A DNA stretch of 64,000 bases from Minisyncoccia bacterium (GTDB lineage: Bacteria; Patescibacteriota; Minisyncoccia; Phycocordibacterales; UBA6065): contig JBIIJY010000004.1 in NCBI GenBank assembly GCA_044233485.1, positions 16,022 through 80,021 of the forward strand, in the 5' to 3' direction. The position numbers were made by a program, and so were the translations under genes. The notes under the pieces are model-generated. The model did not search any database. It saw only the letters and a list, made by a program, of their open reading frames with translations, and was not told the origin of the DNA. Shown here one piece after another: positions 57,944-64,000 of this stretch. Within the stretch, counting starts at the first letter, position 1. Each line of letters starts with the position of its first letter.

Positions 57944-58662
57944 CCTCGCTTGAATCCCTGCGCCTCGAGTTGCGCCGTAAATCTTCAAAAACTCGTGCGC
58001 GAACGAATGCTCGATATTTTAAAATGGGTACAGGAGAGTATGGAGAAGGAGATATCTCGATCGGGGTAACTGTTCCAGATAATCGTCGCCTCGCAAAGAA
58101 ATTCGCATACCACCTAAGTCTGGATCAAATACGGGAGCTACTCAGGAGTCCGATTCATGAAGAGCGTCTCTGTGCGCTATTGATATCAGTCTATCGCTAT
58201 GAGAAGGCTTCTGATGCTGAACAAAAGCAGATAGTGGGGTATTTGCTCAAAAATACGCAATACATCAATAACTGGGATCTTGTTGATAGTTGCGCTCCGT
58301 ATTGCATCGGAGCATATGTCTTTAAGACCGAAAAAAATTTTAATACACTACGCTCACTGGCTCGTAGTCGTAGTCTGTGGGAGCGAAGAATCGCTATTGT
58401 TGCCACGCTCTACCATATTCGGCAGAATGAATTTTTACCGACGCACTACATCGCGGAGCGACTTATAAATGATCCGCATGATCTCATTCATAAAGCAACC
58501 GGTTGGATGCTTCGGGAGATGGGCAAACGAGATCGTCAGGAATTGGTAAAATTTCTAGACCAACATCACGCCGCACTTCCTCGTACTGCTTTGCGGTATA
58601 GTCTTGAGCACTTCAACCATCGTGAAAGAGCTCACTACATGCGTCGAGAAGTAACTAATTGA
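57940..58662 (+). CDS. DNA alkylation repair protein (AlkC/AlkD-like HEAT-repeat glycosylase family)
   Basis: The N-terminus ...TNARYFKMGTGEYGEGDISIGVTVPDNRRLAKKF matches the DNA_alkylation family signature. Confidence 0.7.
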   Translation: MTSLESLRLELRRKSSKTRARTNARYFKMGTGEYGEGDISIGVTVPDNRRLAKKFAYHLSLDQIRELLRSPIHEERLCALLISVYRYEKASDAEQKQIVGYLLKNTQYINNWDLVDSCAPYCIGAYVFKTEKNFNTLRSLARSRSLWERRIAIVATLYHIRQNEFLPTHYIAERLINDPHDLIHKATGWMLREMGKRDRQELVKFLDQHHAALPRTALRYSLEHFNHRERAHYMRREVTN

Positions 58663-58675
58663 TATACTACACACT

Positions 58676-60025
58676 ATGACTTTCGACGAACGACGAGTGC
58701 GATATCTTTCAGAACAGCGGGAAATTCCTGGTTCTGTACTCTATGTGATGACTCGAGATATGAGATTGCACGATAACTGGGCGCTCATCTATGCCCAGAC
58801 ATGTGCACTTAAGAAAAAAGTTCCTTTGACCATATTGTATGCACTAAAGGCGGAGTTTGGCGGTGGGGCACGTCGCCAATTTGACTTTAAAGTCGGTGCG
58901 CTCGAGCACCTCGTCCGTGATGCGCGAGAGAAGGGTTTTGGGTTCGTCGTTTCGACTGAGGGTGAAGATAGTGCTGTGCTTAATTTTGTTAAAACACATG
59001 AGACTTCGTGTATTGTGAGTGACTACTCACCTCTGCGAATTCATAAAGAGTGGAAACAGAGAATTTGCGCCAAGACAGATATACCTTTTGCCGAAGTTGA
59101 TGCTCACAATATCGTGCCAGTGTGGGTTGCGAGTAGTAAGCGTGAGTACGGGGCATATACACTGAGACCAAAGCTTCATAAACTGATACCAGAATTTTGT
59201 ACAGACTTTCCTAAGCTTCGAAGTCACCTGGTGGCGCCACTTGAACTTCCGATTGTTGATTTTGAAAGTATCCGAGCAGGGGCGGTGTTCACTCGAGATG
59301 TACCACCAGTCACTTGGTGTCTGCCAGGTGAAGTGGCGGCTCAGAGTGCACTCAAAGAGTTTATTGATAATCGGCTGGCCGGCTACAGTGTTCGTCGCAA
59401 TGATCCGACTCTTGATGGTCAGTCCGGATTATCGCCGTATATTCATTATGGAATGATCGCACCTCAGCGTGTCGCCTATGAAGTGATGCACAAGTCCGGA
59501 ATTCCTCGTGACGACTCAAGCGCCTTTTTAGAAGAACTCATTGTTCGGCGAGAGCTTGCTGATAATTTTTGTGAATACACCCCTCTCTATGACTCTCCGG
59601 ATGCATTTCCACAGTGGGCTCGCACTTCGCTTGACACACATGTGTCTGATAAGCGGGACTATTTGTATTCTCGAGAGCAATTTGAACAAGCTAAGACCCA
59701 TGATGAAGCGTGGAATGCCTGTCAGCGAGAATTACTTAAGACAGGGAAAATGCATGGATACATGCGTATGTACTGGGCAAAAAAAATTCTCGAATGGACT
59801 CGAAACTACACTGAGGCGATGGAGATAGCGATCTACCTCAATGATACGTATGAACTCGATGGGAGAGATCCGAACGGATATGCAGGGATCGCCTGGTCTA
59901 TTGGAGGGGTACATGACCGTCCGTGGTTTGATCGTCCGATTTTCGGAGTGATCCGCTATATGAATGCCAGCGGTCTCGCCAAGAAATTTGATGTACAGGA
60001 ATACTGTCGTCGATGGAGTCAGTAA
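58676..60025 (+). CDS. phr: Deoxyribodipyrimidine photolyase, class II (CPD photolyase)
   Basis: The C-terminal FAD-binding region DPNGYAGIAWSIGGVHDRPW...FGVIRYMN is characteristic of class II CPD photolyases. The N-terminal alpha/beta domain is present. Confidence 0.8.
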   Translation: MTFDERRVRYLSEQREIPGSVLYVMTRDMRLHDNWALIYAQTCALKKKVPLTILYALKAEFGGGARRQFDFKVGALEHLVRDAREKGFGFVVSTEGEDSAVLNFVKTHETSCIVSDYSPLRIHKEWKQRICAKTDIPFAEVDAHNIVPVWVASSKREYGAYTLRPKLHKLIPEFCTDFPKLRSHLVAPLELPIVDFESIRAGAVFTRDVPPVTWCLPGEVAAQSALKEFIDNRLAGYSVRRNDPTLDGQSGLSPYIHYGMIAPQRVAYEVMHKSGIPRDDSSAFLEELIVRRELADNFCEYTPLYDSPDAFPQWARTSLDTHVSDKRDYLYSREQFEQAKTHDEAWNACQRELLKTGKMHGYMRMYWAKKILEWTRNYTEAMEIAIYLNDTYELDGRDPNGYAGIAWSIGGVHDRPWFDRPIFGVIRYMNASGLAKKFDVQEYCRRWSQ

Positions 60026-60082
60026 TATGGTTATGAAATTCCCTTTACTAAACGTCAAGAGTAGCGTAATGTGTAGCTATAT

Positions 60083-61048
60083 ATGGCATTCGTCGATGAA
60101 ATCGTAATACACGCAAAGGCAGGACGGGGTGGGGACGGGGTGGTACGTTTTCGACATGAGAAAGGAAAGGAATTTTCTGGTCCTTCAGGGGGGAATGGCG
60201 GTAAAGGCGGTGATGTGTATGTGCGAGCGACTCGCGATATTGGCCTACTCTCAAAATATCGACATGTGAAGGAGTTTGAAGCTGAGCGTGGTGAAGACGG
60301 AATGAAGGACTCAATGTTTGGTCGAGGTGGTGAAGATTTGATTATCGACATCCCACTTGGCTCATGCATTAAGAACCTTACCAATGGACTCGAGTTTGAG
60401 CTCCTCCAGGACGAGCAGATGCTGAAAGTCCTTAAAGGAGGTAATGGCGGTATCGGTAATGAGCAGTTTAAAGGCTCGACCAATCAGCGACCACAAGAAT
60501 CTACACCAGGAAAAGAAGGTGAAGAAGCAGATTTTCATATTGAGCTCCGTCTCATGGTCGATGCTGGTCTCATTGGACTTCCAAATGCCGGTAAATCTAG
60601 TCTTATTAATGTGCTGACGAACGCAAAGGCAAAAGTTGCCGGATACCAATTCACCACTCTTGAACCAAATCTCGGTGACATGTATGGGTATATCATTGCC
60701 GACATCCCTGGGCTTATCGAAGGAGCGTCAGAGGGTAAAGGGTTGGGGTACGAATTCCTAAGACATGTTTCTCGAACAAAGAAACTATTCCACTGTATTT
60801 CACTTGAGAATGAAGATCCGCTTGCTGTCTACAATGTGATACGCGCTGAGCTGGCTGGATACAGTAAAGAGCTTGTTGCTAAAGACGAGGTGATTATTCT
60901 GACTAAAACAGATGTGACGACTCCAGAGCATATCAAGCAAGTCGCTGAGTTATTCCCTGGTAAACGGGTACTGACAGTCTCAGTCTATGATGACAACTCG
61001 ATTAAACTGCTCCGAGACTCACTCGTCGAGATCCTCCGCGTCGGTTAA
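60083..61048 (+). CDS. obg: GTPase Obg (no C-terminal OCT domain)
   Basis: It has the N-terminal Gly-rich Obg fold (GGDGVVRF, GGNGGKGGDV, GGNGGIGNEQF) and the G-domain motifs GLPNAGKSSL and DIPGLIEGA. Confidence 0.9.
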   Translation: MAFVDEIVIHAKAGRGGDGVVRFRHEKGKEFSGPSGGNGGKGGDVYVRATRDIGLLSKYRHVKEFEAERGEDGMKDSMFGRGGEDLIIDIPLGSCIKNLTNGLEFELLQDEQMLKVLKGGNGGIGNEQFKGSTNQRPQESTPGKEGEEADFHIELRLMVDAGLIGLPNAGKSSLINVLTNAKAKVAGYQFTTLEPNLGDMYGYIIADIPGLIEGASEGKGLGYEFLRHVSRTKKLFHCISLENEDPLAVYNVIRAELAGYSKELVAKDEVIILTKTDVTTPEHIKQVAELFPGKRVLTVSVYDDNSIKLLRDSLVEILRVG

Positions 61049-61068
61049 TTCATATATACTAGACTCAT

Positions 61069-62541
61069 ATGAGTAATACGTTCTATCCAACGATTGGCCT
61101 CGAGATCCATTGTGAACTTTCAACGACGTCAAAGATGTTTTGTGGCTGTAAAAATGATCCAGACGAAGAACGTCCGAATGTGAATGTGTGCCCAGTCTGT
61201 ATGGGACATCCAGGAACTCTTCCAACTCTCAATGCTCAAGCGATAGAAAATGTCTTGAAGCTTGGTCTCGCGCTTGATTCAAAAATTGCAGAGTACACCG
61301 AATGGGATCGTAAGAATTATTTCTACCCAGATATTCCGAAAGGATATCAGATCAGTCAGTATGCTCATCCGTTGGTGCGGGGTGGGTCGGTACGAGGTGT
61401 TGAGATTACCCGAGTGCACCTAGAAGAAGACACTGGCTCAAATATTCATGAAGGTGAACAATCAAAAATAAATTACAACCGAGCGGGAGTGCCGCTCATG
61501 GAACTCGTGACCGAGCCAGTGATACACAGTGGTGAACAGGCGGGCGCTTTTGCGCGTGAATTGCAACTGATACTCCGCACGCTCGGTATTGCTGAAGCGA
61601 ACATGGAAAAAGGTGAAATGCGAGTCGAAGCAAATATTTCCGTCTCACAGGATCCGGAAAAATTCGGCACAAAGGTCGAAGTAAAGAACCTGAACTCATT
61701 TAAAGCTGTCGAGCGAGCGATCAGTTTTGAGATCAAGAGACAGCAAGAAGTCATTTTGAAAGGTGAGAAAGTTGTTCAAGAGACCCGAGGATGGGATGAT
61801 GCTGGGCAGAAGACGTATTCTCAGCGTGCAAAGGAGGATTCACATGATTATCGATATTTTCCAGATCCTGATCTACCAAAACTTCTAATTTCTAAAGTGT
61901 GGAACCTTGAGTCACTTAAGGCCGACCTCCCGCTGCTTCCCCAAGCGAAGCGAGAGCTCCTCAAGAAGGAATTCGATTTGAAGGATGGTGATATTGAGAT
62001 TTATGTAGATGATGTTGAAGAGAAGACACTCGGTAAGCTCTTTAAAGACATTGCAGCGCAGCTAGGAACAAATAAAGCCTCTATTCAGCTTGCTTCAAAT
62101 ATTATCTGTTCTGATTTGAAGGGTTACGTCAATAAAAATATTAAGACAACTGAGGCTTTCACTGAGTTCGTCAATAAGTATCTAGCGAGCGGCACGTTGG
62201 CTATCGCCATCGCCGAGCTTGTCCGTCTCTATGAAGCGGGAACTATTTCTTCACGTGGCGTGAAAGATCTACTTCCATTACTACTCGAATCGAGCCAAAT
62301 CAGCGCTGGACTTGTTGAGAAATTGGCAACTGAAAAAGGTTTTATTCAGAAAAACGATCCTGAGGAATTAAAACGAGTACTTAATGAGGTGATTGTTGCA
62401 AACAAAACCGCTGCTGACGAATATAAAGCTGGTAAAGAAGCTTCACTTATGTTTTTGGTTGGGCAGGGAATGAAAGCGATGAAAGGAGCGGGTAATCCTC
62501 AGTTGATCAAAGAAACACTGCGAACACTTCTCGGTAAATAG
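61069..62541 (+). CDS. gatB: Asp-tRNA(Asn)/Glu-tRNA(Gln) amidotransferase subunit B
   Basis: IGLEIHCELSTTSKMFCGC..VCPVCMGHPGTLP and the C-terminal YqeY-like domain identify GatB. Confidence 0.92.
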   Translation: MSNTFYPTIGLEIHCELSTTSKMFCGCKNDPDEERPNVNVCPVCMGHPGTLPTLNAQAIENVLKLGLALDSKIAEYTEWDRKNYFYPDIPKGYQISQYAHPLVRGGSVRGVEITRVHLEEDTGSNIHEGEQSKINYNRAGVPLMELVTEPVIHSGEQAGAFARELQLILRTLGIAEANMEKGEMRVEANISVSQDPEKFGTKVEVKNLNSFKAVERAISFEIKRQQEVILKGEKVVQETRGWDDAGQKTYSQRAKEDSHDYRYFPDPDLPKLLISKVWNLESLKADLPLLPQAKRELLKKEFDLKDGDIEIYVDDVEEKTLGKLFKDIAAQLGTNKASIQLASNIICSDLKGYVNKNIKTTEAFTEFVNKYLASGTLAIAIAELVRLYEAGTISSRGVKDLLPLLLESSQISAGLVEKLATEKGFIQKNDPEELKRVLNEVIVANKTAADEYKAGKEASLMFLVGQGMKAMKGAGNPQLIKETLRTLLGK

Positions 62542-62600
62542 TTTTCCACAGTGTGGGTGAGATCAGGGTATGTAACTTTGATGCTATACTAACGAATGTC

Positions 62601-63284
62601 ATGAAAACTTTTATACAGAAATCTGAAATCTTCCTTGCCAGTGCCCTTACCGTGCTACTTGTACTGTCATATGTCGCCTATGAGCCAGCCTTCATCGATG
62701 CGCAGTCGACACAGAGTCAGTTCATCGTCAGTCAGTCAGTCACTGCTGAAATCGCTTTTAGTACGCCGGCAAGTAATGTTACGCTCTCACCAGCAATAAA
62801 CGGTATTACGGGAGGTACATCAAACGGCGGAACACAGTTCGTGGTCACAACAAACAACTCTACTGGATATAATGTCACTGTTACGGCAAGTTCATCTCTC
62901 GGAATGATTAACTCTAGTGCATCATCTACAATCGCCGCATACGTTCCGGCTTCAGGAATCGTGCCAGACTTTACTTTCACTGCTCCAGCCAACACATCTC
63001 GTTTTGGTTATACCGTTGAAGCCTCATCAACGATTGACCTCGACACCGCCTTCAGAGACAACGGTTCTACCTGTGGAGCAGGTTCGGCTGATGCTTCACT
63101 TTCATGTTGGGTAAATGCAAGTACTTCAGCTCGAACAATTATCAACCGATCAACATCAACTCCTACTTCAGGAGCGACATCTACTATTCGCTTCCGAGCA
63201 CAGATTCAGTCAAACCCATCTCCAGCAGTCCCTTCAGGCTCATACTTTGCAACTACGACATTAACTGCTACAGTAAACCCATAA
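62601..63284 (+). CDS. Secreted Ser/Thr-rich protein (signal peptide; possible surface/adhesin-like protein)
   Basis: MKTFIQKSEIFLASALTVLLVLSYVAYEPAFIDAQ is signal-like. The remainder is about 35% Ser/Thr. Confidence 0.5.
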   Translation: MKTFIQKSEIFLASALTVLLVLSYVAYEPAFIDAQSTQSQFIVSQSVTAEIAFSTPASNVTLSPAINGITGGTSNGGTQFVVTTNNSTGYNVTVTASSSLGMINSSASSTIAAYVPASGIVPDFTFTAPANTSRFGYTVEASSTIDLDTAFRDNGSTCGAGSADASLSCWVNASTSARTIINRSTSTPTSGATSTIRFRAQIQSNPSPAVPSGSYFATTTLTATVNP

Positions 63285-63296
63285 AACGTTTTGGGC

Positions 63297-64000
63297 ATGA
63301 AAATAAAAGCGGGACATATATTACTATTTTCTCTAGGATTCGTACTCCTTGTCTTGGTACAGCCCGCTTTTGCTATGACGGTTGAACAGCTTGATAATGT
63401 TCAAGTAACCGGAGATTTCGTTGTTGGTCCCGGTAAAATCGAACTTCAGCTCAATCCTGGTGAAGAGCGTCAAATCGAAATGACGGTCACAAACCGTATG
63501 GGAGAGGATCGCATCTTTCTGATTTCAACTGAGGACTTTGAAGGTACACGAAATCTCAATGAAACGGTGCGGCTCCTCGGAGACGAGGCCAGTCCGTTCA
63601 CTCTGAAGGATAATATTATTCCGGAGAGAAATTCTTTTGTACTTAAACACGGTGAGCGCGCTCGACTTCCTGTTCGAATAAAAGTAGCCAAGAATGAAGA
63701 CCCGGGAGGTAAGTATGCCACCGTGCTCGTGAGTACTATTTCTCGAGACTCGACGAAACCGAGCGCTGATGGCGCTACCGGCGGTGCGGCTATCATTGCC
63801 CGTATTGGGACTCTATTTTTTGTGCGAATTCCTGGTGAGGTAAAACAAGATTCACGGCTTGTAGATTTTGAAAAGGCAGAAGGGAACATACTCTGGTCAA
63901 GTCCAGATGAAATTCGTTTCCGTATCCTGACCGAGAATAACGGTTCGGTACACGTTAATCCGTACGGGCAGATCCGCATTTCGAATTTTTTTGATGCTGA
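63297..64000 (+). CDS. Secreted hypothetical protein, 3'-truncated by window edge (signal peptide MKIKAGHILLFSLGFVLLVLVQPAFA)
   Basis: Hand translation of the + frame from the ATG at 63297 runs stop-free to the window end. It is absent from the ORF track, apparently because no stop is reached. The competing minus-strand ORF 63470..63979 has Arg/Ser-rich antisense-like composition. Confidence 0.55.
   Translation, partial: MKIKAGHILLFSLGFVLLVLVQPAFAMTVEQLDNVQVTGDFVVGPGKIELQLNPGEERQIEMTVTNRMGEDRIFLISTEDFEGTRNLNETVRLLGDEASPFTLKDNIIPERNSFVLKHGERARLPVRIKVAKNEDPGGKYATVLVSTISRDSTKPSADGATGGAAIIARIGTLFFVRIPGEVKQDSRLVDFEKAEGNILWSSPDEIRFRILTENNGSVHVNPYGQIRISNFFDA

Noticed and set aside
63470-63979. 169-aa minus-strand ORF at the 3' end
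   Set aside because: The competing plus-strand frame has a canonical signal peptide and runs stop-free to the window end. The minus ORF is Arg/Ser-rich, like antisense frames.

Overview
This 64 kb window looks like a gene-dense, almost entirely plus-strand stretch of a small bacterial genome. GC content is moderate, there are few Shine-Dalgarno sequences, and many proteins carry N- or C-terminal extensions. By inference the organism is a Candidate Phyla Radiation / Patescibacteria-type bacterium.

Gene content, in order:
- EF-Tu 3' end, then an S10-spc ribosomal protein cluster (S10, L3, L4, L23, L2 | S19, L22, S3, L16, L29, S17, L14, L24, L5 | S14(Zn), S8, L6, L18, S5, L15 | SecY | Adk, Map). 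Internal rho-independent terminators and promoter-like sites split it into sub-operons. L30 is absent.
- Where infA-rpmJ-rpsM-rpsK-rpsD-rpoA-rplQ normally follow Map, there is instead a three-gene module: a 785-aa Pro/Glu/Thr-rich coiled-coil protein, a 99-aa acidic protein, and a 909-aa FtsK/HerA/VirB4/VirD4-superfamily ATPase. Ndk follows.
- A PriA-like protein (minus strand) with a degenerate helicase core.
- A type IV pilus/pseudopilus cluster: PilB-like ATPase, PilC-like platform protein, five prepilin-like genes.
- MurA, MreB, a HolB-like protein, alanine racemase, L33, tRNA-Trp, a small low-GC membrane protein, MiaA (minus), tRNA-Leu, a high-GC island gene, an orphan ParB, and L10-L7/L12 without rpoBC.
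- A lower-GC block: EamA transporter, a Cys-rich small protein, a hypothetical protein, and an orphan sensor histidine kinase.
- A 23S-5S rRNA unit with no upstream 16S.
- Envelope genes (FtsW/RodA, GT4, polyprenyl-phosphate sugar transferase, epimerase), SecDF, and a DsbB + thioredoxin-like + Cys-rich exported protein module.
- Repair and redox genes (methyltransferase, glutaredoxin, AlkD-like, class II photolyase), Obg, GatB, and two signal-peptide proteins at the 3' end.

No CRISPR array, transposase or rRNA intron was seen.
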